NCBI GenBank assembly: GCA_030595795.1
Contig: JAUVCH010000002.1
Coordinates: 7,216 to 71,215 of the forward strand
From: Gammaproteobacteria bacterium
GTDB taxonomy: Bacteria; Pseudomonadota; Gammaproteobacteria; GCA-001735895
Reading direction: 5' to 3'
Length of the DNA: 64,000 nt
Positions 46,666 through 56,923 of this stretch are shown piece by piece (the first letter of the stretch is position 1; every line of letters starts with the position of its first letter). Under the pieces are notes generated by a model. The model saw only the letters and a list, made by a program, of their open reading frames with translations. It ran no database searches and had not been told where the DNA came from. A program made the translations under genes and the position numbers.

Positions 46666-47208
46666 ATGAAAAAAAAATATATCAATAAAATATCTCTCGT
46701 AATCGTGCTGATCGCCTTAAGCGTTGTGCCGTTCCTTGCGAAGGCGGCTGAAGTTACACAAGAGCAGATAAAAGGACTGGATGAACAGGTTCAGGATATC
46801 AAGGAAGATGTACTCGATCTAACAACCGAGCTAAGCCTGCTCGAAGAGAAGCTGTTATTTCCCTCCAATACTCAGGTCTCGCTGTTTGTTTCTCTCGATA
46901 GCGGTAAGAAGTTTGTACTTGATGCCATGCAGATTAAGCTTGACGACAAGGTTGTCGCCAAGCATTTATATACTTTCAAGGAGCTAGAGGCTTTAAGGTT
47001 AGGTGGTGTTCAGCGCATTTATACAGGTAATATCAACACTGGGGATCATTCGATGATAGCCAGTTTCTTAGGTCGCGATGCTTCGGGCGAGCAATTCAAA
47101 GGCGTGGCTGATTTTACGGTTAACAAAGCGGTTGGGCCAAAATTTGTCGAAATCAAAATTACCGGCGGCGACTCGGCTGATCAGACGATCAGTTTCCAAG
47201 ACTGGTAA
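46666..47208 (+). CDS. Secreted coiled-coil protein, first gene of the TPR/Ton-like cluster
   Basis: 180 aa. Signal peptide KISLVIVLIALSVVPFLAKA|AE, N-terminal coiled coil, C-terminal beta-rich domain. Reminiscent of the small periplasmic proteins that lead TonB2-type clusters. Confidence 0.5.
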   Translation: MKKKYINKISLVIVLIALSVVPFLAKAAEVTQEQIKGLDEQVQDIKEDVLDLTTELSLLEEKLLFPSNTQVSLFVSLDSGKKFVLDAMQIKLDDKVVAKHLYTFKELEALRLGGVQRIYTGNINTGDHSMIASFLGRDASGEQFKGVADFTVNKAVGPKFVEIKITGGDSADQTISFQDW

Positions 47209-47214
47209 GTAATC

Positions 47215-49290
47215 TTGAAGCGGAATGTAATATTTATCGCCGCTTTTTTCTGCAGCCTGTCAAGCTATGCGGCAAGTGGGCTAAAAGATGTCGAGCTGCG
47301 TGACCTGTATTTCGGCGAGGTGCTTTTTTATGCCTATCAGGATAAGTATTTTGAGGCGCTGGAACGGCTCGATAGCGAACTAATACAATATTACAGGGTA
47401 GACGAATCCAATCTTGACCCGTTATCCCAGAATCTGGGACAGGCCGAGTTTTCGGTCGGCGATATAGAATTGCAATATCGTATGGATAAGCGCGCTGGAA
47501 AAGCCATACAGGCGGTGCTCGGCAGCGGTATCAACCTGGCAATGCGGAATCAGGCTGCGTTGCAGCTGGCGCGAATGTATTTTCGTAAGAATGATGCGGA
47601 AAGAGCGCTATATGCGCTCGATCTGATACACAATAGAGTCGATATGACGAAGTACCCGGATAAGTCAGTCGACGATCTTCGGGGTGTAGAACCGGAAAAC
47701 TTCAAGATAGATGTTCTTTATCTGCGTGCTCTGGCCTATATTAGCACCGGGCAGTTTACCAATGCTGTCGAAATTCTCGATTCCCTGCGTAATGAAAAAT
47801 CAATAAAAGGCTATGTATTGTATAACCTGGGTATTGCGCTGATTCAGGCTCAACAGGAACTACAAGGATTAGAAGTACTCGATGAGCTGGGCATGCTGGA
47901 AACCCAGGATAAAAATCTGCAGGCACTCAAGGATAAAGCCAATTTAAAGATCGCCTATCGATTGCTCGATTCCGGCAATGCGGAGCAGGCTCGGATCTAT
48001 TTTCAACGAATTCGTCTCGATGGGCCATACTCAAATCAGGCGCTGCTGGGCGCAGGCTGGGCTGAAGCTGCACTGGATCGCTATGAGCGAGCTCTGGTAC
48101 CCTGGACAATTCTGCACAAAAGAGAAAAAACCAATCATTCGGTACAGGAATCGTTAATGTCGGTGCCTTATGCCTATGGGAAATTACAGGCCTACGGCAA
48201 ATCGGCCAATATGTATGCCGAGGCAATGGATATGTTTGCCTATGAAATATCCCGGCTCGACGACTCAATAAAGGCCATTCGAGGTGGAAAATTTCTCGAA
48301 GCATTAGTCGATGAGAAATCCAGACAGGATGAAAACTGGGTAGTAAATTTGCGAGAATTGCCCGATGCGCCGGAAACCCGTTATATCCTCGATCTGTTGG
48401 CATCGAGTGATTTTCAGACTTCGTATAATAACTACCGAGATTTGGCGGATTTGAAAGTACGAATCGAAACCTGGTTGGCTAACCTTAAGGTTTTCGAGGA
48501 AATTATTGATATTCGTCGAGCCTATCAAGAGCCTTTGCTACCCATAGTCGGGGAGCGTTTCGAGAAGATCGATGCCAGGGCAAAACTACGCCTGGAACAA
48601 CGAAACAGTCTGGCTGATAAAATTAAGAATATATTGATTGCGCCGCGACCAGATTTTCTGGCGACGGCTGACGAACGCCTGGCGTCGGATCGGGTAACGG
48701 CATTCGAGCAATACATAGCCGAGCACCCTGGAAAAGTCACTGGTGAACAGATCTATCGCGTTAAACGCCTGCGCGGTTTGTTGTCGTGGCGCTTGCAAAG
48801 CGAATATGACCAACGCCTAACCGAAGCTTATGATCATTTGTTGTCGCTGGATGAGACTACCGAGGCATTCAAAAAACGATATGGTTCTTTTATTCGTACC
48901 CGCCAGGCTGCGACGCAAAGTTATGAAGGATATCAATCAGTCATTAGACAGCTCCGCACCGGATTGTTTTCTGCGCAACGAAAGTTGAAAGGTGTTATGG
49001 CCAAACAGGGCAGGTTCCTCGAAACTATGGCGGAGAATGAGCTTGATCGTCGCCGCAAGCGCCTCGAAGATTATCAGATTAAGGCGCGATTTGCGTTGGC
49101 AGAAAACTATGACCGAGTAACCAAGGCGGATCAGGATAAGTTAATCGAGGAACAGAATCAGCTTCGGGAGGAAAAGCAAAAGCAACTTGAGCTTGAAAAA
49201 GAAGCCCAGAAGGCCGAGGAGTCGGCGCCATCAGCGGAAGATAGCTTAGATAAGGGTTCTTCAATTTTGAATAATGTACCCGCCAACTGA
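47215..49290 (+). CDS. Secreted TPR-repeat protein with C-terminal K/E-rich coiled coil
   Basis: 691 aa. TTG start, signal peptide, repeated A/L/Y-rich 34-residue helical-hairpin pattern. C-terminal EEQNQLREEKQKQLELEKEAQKAEE. Confidence 0.6.
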   Translation: MKRNVIFIAAFFCSLSSYAASGLKDVELRDLYFGEVLFYAYQDKYFEALERLDSELIQYYRVDESNLDPLSQNLGQAEFSVGDIELQYRMDKRAGKAIQAVLGSGINLAMRNQAALQLARMYFRKNDAERALYALDLIHNRVDMTKYPDKSVDDLRGVEPENFKIDVLYLRALAYISTGQFTNAVEILDSLRNEKSIKGYVLYNLGIALIQAQQELQGLEVLDELGMLETQDKNLQALKDKANLKIAYRLLDSGNAEQARIYFQRIRLDGPYSNQALLGAGWAEAALDRYERALVPWTILHKREKTNHSVQESLMSVPYAYGKLQAYGKSANMYAEAMDMFAYEISRLDDSIKAIRGGKFLEALVDEKSRQDENWVVNLRELPDAPETRYILDLLASSDFQTSYNNYRDLADLKVRIETWLANLKVFEEIIDIRRAYQEPLLPIVGERFEKIDARAKLRLEQRNSLADKIKNILIAPRPDFLATADERLASDRVTAFEQYIAEHPGKVTGEQIYRVKRLRGLLSWRLQSEYDQRLTEAYDHLLSLDETTEAFKKRYGSFIRTRQAATQSYEGYQSVIRQLRTGLFSAQRKLKGVMAKQGRFLETMAENELDRRRKRLEDYQIKARFALAENYDRVTKADQDKLIEEQNQLREEKQKQLELEKEAQKAEESAPSAEDSLDKGSSILNNVPAN

Positions 49291-52200
49291 TGTCTGTCAA
49301 AAATCACAAATGTATCAATTTCTGTAAAGCGGCATTAGTCCTGGCGCTAGTTTGGATGCTGGCGTCTTGCGCCACAGGAACCGACGGTACAACCCTGGCC
49401 AGTCTGGAAAATGTCGAATTCGAAGTAATTGACGAAAAGGTTACGGACAGTCTCGAAAAAGCACTGGCAAGCTATCAGGACTTTTTGGAGAATACCCCCG
49501 ATACCGAAATGACGCCGGAAGCCTTGCGTCGCCTGGCTGATCTGAAAATTCAGAAAGAGCAATTCAACGAGAATACTCAAATTATCGAGTCGGAGGCGCT
49601 CGCAACTACAAGCACCCAAAGAAACGTTACTGGTACAGAGACAAGCACTGTGCAGTCCATCACCGAGATAGAGATGCCGGAAACTGTGTCCGTGCCTGAT
49701 AATGGCAATACCTCAGAACAACAAAGCATTACCGATCAGGCGAGCCCTATTGCGGCAATCGACGAAAGTGATAAAGCTTTCGACGAAAGGGCGGGTGAGA
49801 AAATCGAAATCAGCGACTCTAGTCAACAGCTAGAACTGCCTGAAGACGAGAGTGCTGAGGTAGGACAGGACTTACAAACCGTCGGTGCAATGGAAGCCAT
49901 CGAGATATATAAGAACCTACTGAAAAACCATCCGTTATTTGAACGTAATGATCAGGTGGTTTACCAATTGTCGCGCGCTTATGAGGATACCGGGCAGATA
50001 GATATCGCCATGGATACGATCATATTGCTGCTTTCGAAATACCCGAACTCGCGTCATGTCGATGAATCGCAGTTTCGACTGGCTGAATTCTATTTCTCCC
50101 GTAAAAAATATCTCGATGCCGAAGAGTCATACCAGGCTGTGGCGGCGCGTGGAGAAGACACGGAGTTTTATGAGTTATCACTTTATAAACTCGGGTGGTC
50201 TTATTTCAAACAGGAATTATATGAAGAAGCATTACAGGCTTTTATCAAAATGCTGGACTATAAAATCGAGAATGGTTTTGAACTGGATAATATTGAAAGC
50301 CAGATAGATGGAAAAAGGGTTGAAGATACTTATCGAGTTATCAGTTTAAGTTTCTCCTACCTCGAAGGGCCTCAGTCCATTGTCGAATTTTTTAACCAAA
50401 ATGGCCCTAGATCTTATGAGTCGAGTATCTATAGCCACCTGGGAGAATACTACTTTTCTAAGAGGCGTTTTGCCGATGCAAGCAATACCTATAAGACTTT
50501 TATTGAGCGTAATCCTCTATCCGCCGAATCGGCTTATTTCAGTATTCGTATTATCGAAATTTACGACAAAGGTGGTTTTCCCAAGCTGGTTATAGATACC
50601 AAAAAGGCCTTCGCCAAAACATATAGCCCCGATTCCACCTACTGGACATATTTCGACATTAATGAACATCCAGATATCCGCTTCTATGTGAAGACTAATC
50701 TGACTGATTTGGCGAATCACTATCATGCTTTGTATCAGAATAAGAAGTTGGAGAAGGCAAAGGGTGAAAATTATGAGGAGGCGATATACTGGTATCGGGA
50801 ATTTCTGGCCTCTTTCTTTGATGACTCCGAAGCTCCGGGTCTCAATAACCAACTGGCCGGTTTGATGCTAGAGCAAAAGGACTTTTTCCAGGCGGCGGGT
50901 GAATACGAGCGCACTGCGTACGAATATCCACCCCATGATGGATCGTCCGGTGCGGGCTATGCGGCTGTCTATGCGTATCGAGAGTACTATAAAGTTGTTG
51001 AACAATCACAGAGATACAATATCAGCCGGGAAATTGTGCGCAGTTCGATACGATTTTTTGAGGTATTTCCCGATCATAAACATGCCCCGGTGGTACTTGT
51101 TGCCGCTGTAGAAGACCTATATGGACTCGAAGATTTTGAACGTGCCATCGTCTATGGTCAGCGTGCAATCGAAACTTACCCCCGAGCCGACCGGAAATTG
51201 CTGCGTTCTGCCTGGATGGCTGTGGCGCATTCTTCATTTAATATCGCTAATTACCAGGGGGCTGAAATTGCCTATAGCGAAACACTGATTCTTACCGATA
51301 TAAATGACAAGAGTTACGAATCACTTAACGAAAACCTGGCTGCCTCTATTTATAAACAGGGTGAACAGGCGCTCAAGCTGGAAGACCATCAGTTAGCCGC
51401 CGATCATTTCCTGCGGGTCGCTAAAGTCGTGCCCAAATCTAAAATTCGTCCGACAGCCGAATACGACGCCGCCACTTCGTTGTTAATACTGAAACAGTGG
51501 AAGAATGTTGCCAACTTGCTTGAAGGCTTCAGAAAACGTTTTCCTCAGCATAAACTGCTACCGGATATCACCAAAAAACTGGCAATTGTTTATAAGGAGG
51601 ATGGTCGTTATTTGCTATCGGCAGCAGAATTTGAGCGTATAGAAAGAGAAAATCCAGAAAACGAAGCCTTGCGCCGCGAAGCCTTATACCAGGCTGCTGA
51701 ACTGTATGACCGGGCTGACGCTAAAGGTAGAGTTTTATTGACCTATCAAAAACTGGTTAACTATTTTCCCGATCCAATCGAAGAGGCGCTAGAAACACGC
51801 CAGAAAATGGCCGATATTTATCAGCAGCAGGGTAATCAAATTGAATATCTGGCTCAGCTCGAAAGAATTGTCGAGATCGACGCCACCGGTGGCAGTGGAC
51901 GTACAGACAGAACCCAATATCTTGCCGCGCATGCCGCGTTGGTATTAGCAGTTCCCAAATGGGAAGCATTTACGCGAGTGGCCCTTGTGGAGCCTTTCAA
52001 GGCCAATTTGGCTAAAAAGAAAAAGCGAATGAGTATTGCTATCGATTCGTTTGCAAAGCTGGTTGATTATCAGGTTGGCGACGTTACTGCTGCGGCAACT
52101 TTTTACCTTGCCGAAATATATTTTGACTTTAATGTGTCTCTGGTCGAATCAGAAAGACCGACTAACCTGAATGATGAAGAACTGGAAGAATATGAGCTGA

Positions 52201-52469
52201 TTATCGAAGATCAGGCTTATCCTTTTGAGGCAAAGGCTATCGATGTTCATGAAAAAAATATGGAATTACTGGATATTGGGGTCTATAACGAATGGATCGA
52301 TAAGAGTATCGCAAAACTATCGGTGTTGTTGCCCGCGCGATACGCTAAAACTGAGCAAGACAGTACTGTTATCACTTTGATACAGCCTCCGAATATCGTC
52401 AATGCAGCGGTTAATGAAACCGAGGACTCGACAGTAATCGAATCCTTACCGGAACCGGTGGAGCAATAG
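49290..52469 (+). CDS. Large TPR-repeat lipoprotein with acidic disordered N-terminal region
   Basis: 1059 aa. Lipobox MLASC, about 200-aa D/E/S/T-rich segment, then about 800 aa of TPR-like repeats. Start overlaps the upstream stop. Confidence 0.6.
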   Translation: MSVKNHKCINFCKAALVLALVWMLASCATGTDGTTLASLENVEFEVIDEKVTDSLEKALASYQDFLENTPDTEMTPEALRRLADLKIQKEQFNENTQIIESEALATTSTQRNVTGTETSTVQSITEIEMPETVSVPDNGNTSEQQSITDQASPIAAIDESDKAFDERAGEKIEISDSSQQLELPEDESAEVGQDLQTVGAMEAIEIYKNLLKNHPLFERNDQVVYQLSRAYEDTGQIDIAMDTIILLLSKYPNSRHVDESQFRLAEFYFSRKKYLDAEESYQAVAARGEDTEFYELSLYKLGWSYFKQELYEEALQAFIKMLDYKIENGFELDNIESQIDGKRVEDTYRVISLSFSYLEGPQSIVEFFNQNGPRSYESSIYSHLGEYYFSKRRFADASNTYKTFIERNPLSAESAYFSIRIIEIYDKGGFPKLVIDTKKAFAKTYSPDSTYWTYFDINEHPDIRFYVKTNLTDLANHYHALYQNKKLEKAKGENYEEAIYWYREFLASFFDDSEAPGLNNQLAGLMLEQKDFFQAAGEYERTAYEYPPHDGSSGAGYAAVYAYREYYKVVEQSQRYNISREIVRSSIRFFEVFPDHKHAPVVLVAAVEDLYGLEDFERAIVYGQRAIETYPRADRKLLRSAWMAVAHSSFNIANYQGAEIAYSETLILTDINDKSYESLNENLAASIYKQGEQALKLEDHQLAADHFLRVAKVVPKSKIRPTAEYDAATSLLILKQWKNVANLLEGFRKRFPQHKLLPDITKKLAIVYKEDGRYLLSAAEFERIERENPENEALRREALYQAAELYDRADAKGRVLLTYQKLVNYFPDPIEEALETRQKMADIYQQQGNQIEYLAQLERIVEIDATGGSGRTDRTQYLAAHAALVLAVPKWEAFTRVALVEPFKANLAKKKKRMSIAIDSFAKLVDYQVGDVTAAATFYLAEIYFDFNVSLVESERPTNLNDEELEEYELIIEDQAYPFEAKAIDVHEKNMELLDIGVYNEWIDKSIAKLSVLLPARYAKTEQDSTVITLIQPPNIVNAAVNETEDSTVIESLPEPVEQ

Positions 52470-52473
52470 GGTT

Positions 52474-53085
52474 ATGATAAAAACATTTCATACTGGGGTG
52501 GTGATATTAGGCTGTTTGATCTTAATTTCCTGTGCCGGGGGTCAGGCACCGCGTGTTGAAAAAGCTGCGGCAGTAAAGTTATCCCCACCGCCAGAAGATT
52601 CGGCATATATTAATCTGGACGCAGATATTGAGTCGGATTTCCTCGATGCAGTAGACAGGATGGAAAATAGTGACTATGTATCGGCAATAGAAAAGCTGGA
52701 ATCGGTTATAGGTCGCGAAAAACGGTTGATTGCACCGTTTGTCAATATTGCGATTGCGTATCGCAAAACAGGTGAAGTTGAGCAGGCAGAAAAAAATCTG
52801 GCCAAAGCCCTGGAGTTGGACCCTGTGCATCCCGTTGCGAATAACGAGCTGGGTTTAATTTACCGTCAGGCCGGAAAATTTGAGGAAGCCAGAGCGGTCT
52901 ATGAGCTGGTGATCAAAAACCATCCAGATTCCACTGCGGCAATGATTAATCTAGGCGTATTATGTGATTTGTATATGCACGATTATGAATGTGCCCTCGA
53001 ACAATTTGAGCGTTATCTGGCGCTAAATCCGGATGATAAGAAAATTTTCATCTGGGTAGCTGATGTAAAACAAAGAGTAAAATAA
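52474..53085 (+). CDS. Small TPR-repeat lipoprotein
   Basis: 203 aa. Lipobox LILISC, three to four clear TPR units. Confidence 0.6.
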   Translation: MIKTFHTGVVILGCLILISCAGGQAPRVEKAAAVKLSPPPEDSAYINLDADIESDFLDAVDRMENSDYVSAIEKLESVIGREKRLIAPFVNIAIAYRKTGEVEQAEKNLAKALELDPVHPVANNELGLIYRQAGKFEEARAVYELVIKNHPDSTAAMINLGVLCDLYMHDYECALEQFERYLALNPDDKKIFIWVADVKQRVK

Positions 53086-53104
53086 TAGCGGAGGTACTAA
53101 TATT

Positions 53105-53389
53105 ATGTTAATTAGAATTCTATTTAGTTTAGTAATTGCCGGAGTAACCTTGCAAGCGCCCGTCATGGCCCAGGAAAAAAAAATTGATTCCGACGTTAAG
53201 GAACTATCTGGCATCTCGATCATAGGTAATCAGGAAGCGCCCAAATCGCTTTACATTATACCCTGGCAAAACTCCGAAGTTGGGGTGGCCAGCAGTTTAC
53301 AATCAGGTCTGTTTGACGACAGTATGAAACCTTTGTCCAAAGAAGTGTTTCTGAGAGAGCTTAATTTTTACGAATTAAGTCATAATTGA
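53105..53389 (+). CDS. Small secreted protein of the Ton-like cluster
   Basis: 94 aa with signal peptide. Confidence 0.4.
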   Translation: MLIRILFSLVIAGVTLQAPVMAQEKKIDSDVKELSGISIIGNQEAPKSLYIIPWQNSEVGVASSLQSGLFDDSMKPLSKEVFLRELNFYELSHN

Positions 53390-53431
53390 TAATCGATATA
53401 ATATGAATAGTGACACATTGAGGGTTTCGTA

Positions 53432-54442
53432 ATGAGTGAACACAATACCAATCAGAGTGAGCTGGATACTTCAGTAGACACAGAGGCTCCGAGCGGTCAG
53501 GAAAATTTGAGCGAGCCGAGCACTACGGACGGTAATGAGATTACCGAATCTCCAGATGTAGCAGAAATTCTGGAGTCTTCTGGAGTCGTGGATGCGGCTG
53601 GTGGCTTCGACCCCCTAAGCTATGTTGAAACCATCGTGTCGTTTTTCCAGACTGGTGGTGCGTTTATGTATCCAATACTGATCGTCTTATCGGTGGGGTT
53701 AGCGATATCAATCGAGCGTTACATCAAACTCACTTACGAGCGCGGGATTAATCGCAAAATGTGGAATAAGCTGCAGCCAGTTCTGGCTGAAGCAGATTTT
53801 GACACGGCTCGAGAATTAGTTGCCCTCGACGATAAATCGACCATCAGTAAATTAATGTCTATGGGCCTGGCAAGAGAAGGGCTGGTCAGGCGAAGGGACG
53901 ATATCGAAATCGCCATGGAAGAAAGTATGATGGAAATTATTCCTCAACTCGAAAAACGCACACCTTACATCGCGTTGTTTTCAAATATTTGCACCCTGCT
54001 TGGACTGCTTGGTACGATTATGGGCCTGATCGAGGCTTTCACCGCTGTCGCGAATGCCAATCCTGCAGAAAAAGCGGATTTGCTATCAGCAAGTATATCG
54101 GTTGCGATGAATACTACCGCTTTTGGTTTGATGGCGGGTATCCCTCTTTTGATAATCCATGCATTTTTGACTTCGCGAACCGGAGAAATAATAGACAGCC
54201 TGGAAATGGCGTCGGTTAAAACACTGAATGTCATCACCTCTGCCAGTAAGCGTAGGGGTGATAAGAATCTATCTCCCCCAGAAGTAACAATGAGTGATTT
54301 TACGGATACGGGTACTTTTATGGCTAATGTTGAAAAAGATGTTACCCGGGTTAGTGAATCGACCGCAACACCAGGTGTTGAAGGTTCAGCATCAGAGCCA
54401 GGCGTAGCTGCTGATACAGATGTGCCTAAAAAGCCCGATTAA
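53432..54442 (+). CDS. MotA/TolQ/ExbB proton-channel family protein with acidic N- and C-terminal extensions
   Basis: 336 aa, 3 TM helices. Conserved ExbB core ...ALFSNICTLLGLLGTIMGLIEAF...AMNTTAFGLMAGIPLLIIHAFL. Confidence 0.8.
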   Translation: MSEHNTNQSELDTSVDTEAPSGQENLSEPSTTDGNEITESPDVAEILESSGVVDAAGGFDPLSYVETIVSFFQTGGAFMYPILIVLSVGLAISIERYIKLTYERGINRKMWNKLQPVLAEADFDTARELVALDDKSTISKLMSMGLAREGLVRRRDDIEIAMEESMMEIIPQLEKRTPYIALFSNICTLLGLLGTIMGLIEAFTAVANANPAEKADLLSASISVAMNTTAFGLMAGIPLLIIHAFLTSRTGEIIDSLEMASVKTLNVITSASKRRGDKNLSPPEVTMSDFTDTGTFMANVEKDVTRVSESTATPGVEGSASEPGVAADTDVPKKPD

Positions 54443-54467
54443 GCGACCAGCGCAATAGATAATAATC

Positions 54468-55022
54468 ATGAACAGAAGGAAACACGGTAAATCCAGGGAA
54501 GCTCCGGAGCTTGATATCACGGCATTCCTGAATTTAATGGTTGTGCTGGTGCCTTTTCTTCTTGTCTCGGCAGTATTTTCTCGTATCACGATACTGGAGC
54601 TCAATATGCCTCCGGGCGCTGGTGCGGCAGCAGCTATCCCTCCCAAGATTAGTATTGAAGTTGTAATTCGTGACGAGGTCATGGAAATTAGTGACGGGCG
54701 AAAGGTAATCGTTCGTTTTCCGAAAATTGGAAATACTGACCCCAAAACACTCGAGGAGGATCCCAGAGTCTATGACCTGATTCAGCTCACTAATTATCTG
54801 TTAAAGATTAAGGCGAACTATCCCGACAAGACCGATTCCATTATTTTAATGGAACCTGGCATTGAATACAGGCATCTGGTCACTGTTATGGATGCGATGA
54901 GAAATGCTGAAATTCCTTTGAATGAGGCTTCCGCCGGTGGCACGGAAGGGGCTGGCGAAGTTCAACCCGAATTTCAGAAAATCGAATTGTTCCCCGATAT
55001 ATCGATAGGCGATGCACCATGA
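54468..55022 (+). CDS. ExbD/TolR-family protein (long form)
   Basis: 184 aa. N-terminal LDITAFLNLMVVLVPFLLV single TM typical of ExbD/TolR, periplasmic domain. Confidence 0.65.
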   Translation: MNRRKHGKSREAPELDITAFLNLMVVLVPFLLVSAVFSRITILELNMPPGAGAAAAIPPKISIEVVIRDEVMEISDGRKVIVRFPKIGNTDPKTLEEDPRVYDLIQLTNYLLKIKANYPDKTDSIILMEPGIEYRHLVTVMDAMRNAEIPLNEASAGGTEGAGEVQPEFQKIELFPDISIGDAP

Positions 55023-55510
55023 GAAACAGTAATCGTCGTATCGCGCGTATGGGGCGAAGCCGAAAAAAATTACCTGGCATGAATCTGACATCGCTGATGG
55101 ATGTATTTACTATTCTGGTATTTTTTCTGCTGACAAATTCGGCAACTAACGAAGCACTGGAGGCGCCTAAATCGATTTCCTTGCCCGCATCGGTGGTAGA
55201 GACCAAGCCACAGGAAACGGTAGTGATACTGGTGACGCCTGAAAATATACTGGTTCAGGGTAAAATAGTTTCGAGCACAGTAGATGTTAATAATAGCCCG
55301 GCAGTTGTGGTGGAAGCGATAAAGAAAGCGTTGTTAGTACAGCGAAGCAGGGCAATCGGTATCGATGTAAGCAAAGAACCTGAAGTAAACATATTGGCCG
55401 ACAGGAAAATACCTTTCAGTCTGCTGAAAAAAATTATGTCCAGTTGTACCAGTGCAGGATATAGCAAGATCTCGTTGGCTGTAATTCAGAAAGCATCGCA
55501 GAGTTCGTAG
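55019..55510 (+). CDS. ExbD/TolR-family protein
   Basis: 163 aa. MNLTSLMDVFTILVFFLL TM helix, ExbD-like periplasmic domain. 4-nt overlaps with both neighbours. Confidence 0.75.
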   Translation: MRNSNRRIARMGRSRKKLPGMNLTSLMDVFTILVFFLLTNSATNEALEAPKSISLPASVVETKPQETVVILVTPENILVQGKIVSSTVDVNNSPAVVVEAIKKALLVQRSRAIGIDVSKEPEVNILADRKIPFSLLKKIMSSCTSAGYSKISLAVIQKASQSS

Positions 55511-55516
55511 CTCACC

Positions 55517-56923
55517 ATGGACGATATCAGTAAAAGAAAGAAAAAAGTCAGGGCCAAGCAAAAGCGAGCCTGGCGACTCCTTTTGGAATGCAAAAGTCAA
55601 CAGCGGGATATTGAGGCTGAACATGTCAGGTTACTAAAGAAAAGAGTGCGTTACGACGCGCTTATTGAGGTATCGACAAATCTGGCCAGATTAGACGCGT
55701 TAGGCGCGTCAGATCTTTTCTGGGGTGGGTTGGGTGAAGAGAGGCGTGGGCGAGATCACCTCGCTCGCGTGCATAATCTGGTTACTGAATACGAGAGTCG
55801 ACTCGAAGCCTCAATACAGGCTCGCCAGGATATCTGGAATAAAATTCAGGTACTCAACGATAAAACTAGTGAATACAAAGAGCAGGGCCAGGTACTACTC
55901 GAAGTAGAGGAAGAATCTCGTGATGAGTTTGTTATTGATCGGGAACCAGGGGGGTCGTTATATCGTACCTCAGTCATGCCCTGGACGGTTCATGGAGAGG
56001 ATGAGAAGCGCTTTCGAAAAATATTACTGCTGATATTGTTTTTAACTATTTTGCTGGGTTACCTGGTTCCTTCGTGGAATATAACGGTAGTCGAAAGAGA
56101 GGTAAAAATAGAAGTGCCTGAGCGCCTCGCCAGGCTATTGCTTGAGAAGGCGCCACCACCACCTCCACCGAAGAAAGAAGAAGTCGAGGAAGAGAAAGAG
56201 GAAGAGGAAGAGCCAAAACCGGAGAAAAAAGAGGAGAAGAAGGAAGAAATTGAGAAGAAGCCTGAACCCGAGCAAAAGCCGAAGCCGACCAAGGAGAAAA
56301 AGCCGGTCAAGAAAAAGGCCCAAAGTGCCGGTGTGCTGGCCTTCAAGAATGACTTTGCTGGGTTGCTGGATCTCGATAGTGATGTAGATAGCAAGCTGGG
56401 AGCTAAAGCCAGTCTTACCAATCTTGGGGCCACTGCAAAGAAAAGCACCAGATCAATAATTACTTCTCAGTCAACATCGGGCTCAGGTGGAATCAATACT
56501 GCGGCGATTAGTAAAAATGTCGGCGGCACGGGCAGTGGCCTTGAAGGAGTTGGCTTCTCTCGTGTCGAAAGTACAATCGGCACAGAATATGCGACTGACG
56601 ATCGACCTTTAAGTGAAGGGCCAGGACCTTCCCGTACAGACGAAGAAATCCAGATCGTATTTGATAAATACAAATCTGCGCTATACCGAATTTATAATCG
56701 GGAACTACGTAAGAATCCCACCCTACAGGGCAAAATGGTGCTACGTTTGACTATTGAGCCCGATGGTAAGGTATCCGCTGCTAGTGTGGAATCTAGCGAT
56801 ATGGATGCCCCGGATCTGGATAAAAAGATTGTCGCCAGGGTAAAGAAGTTTAAGTTCGGAGCGAAGGAGGGAGTGCCTACCATAACGATTCTCTTCCCCA
56901 TTGACTTTCTACCCGCAAACTAG
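55517..56923 (+). CDS. TonB-family energy transducer-like protein with long Pro/Glu/Lys-rich linker
   Basis: 468 aa. Cytoplasmic coiled-coil N-terminus, TM helix ILLLILFLTILLGYLV, PPPPPPKKEEVEEEKEEEEEPKPEKKEEKK... linker, S/T/G-rich segment, C-terminal TonB-like domain (...KMVLRLTIEPDGKVSAASVESSDMD...). Confidence 0.7.
   Translation: MDDISKRKKKVRAKQKRAWRLLLECKSQQRDIEAEHVRLLKKRVRYDALIEVSTNLARLDALGASDLFWGGLGEERRGRDHLARVHNLVTEYESRLEASIQARQDIWNKIQVLNDKTSEYKEQGQVLLEVEEESRDEFVIDREPGGSLYRTSVMPWTVHGEDEKRFRKILLLILFLTILLGYLVPSWNITVVEREVKIEVPERLARLLLEKAPPPPPPKKEEVEEEKEEEEEPKPEKKEEKKEEIEKKPEPEQKPKPTKEKKPVKKKAQSAGVLAFKNDFAGLLDLDSDVDSKLGAKASLTNLGATAKKSTRSIITSQSTSGSGGINTAAISKNVGGTGSGLEGVGFSRVESTIGTEYATDDRPLSEGPGPSRTDEEIQIVFDKYKSALYRIYNRELRKNPTLQGKMVLRLTIEPDGKVSAASVESSDMDAPDLDKKIVARVKKFKFGAKEGVPTITILFPIDFLPAN

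Noticed and set aside
56135-56448. ORFs encoding Lys/Arg-rich or Leu/Phe-rich peptides (56135..56323, 56142..56387, 56059..56448).
   Set aside because: They are alternative-frame and antisense readings of the GAA/AAG-rich DNA that encodes the Pro/Glu/Lys linker of the TonB-like protein. Compositional artefacts.
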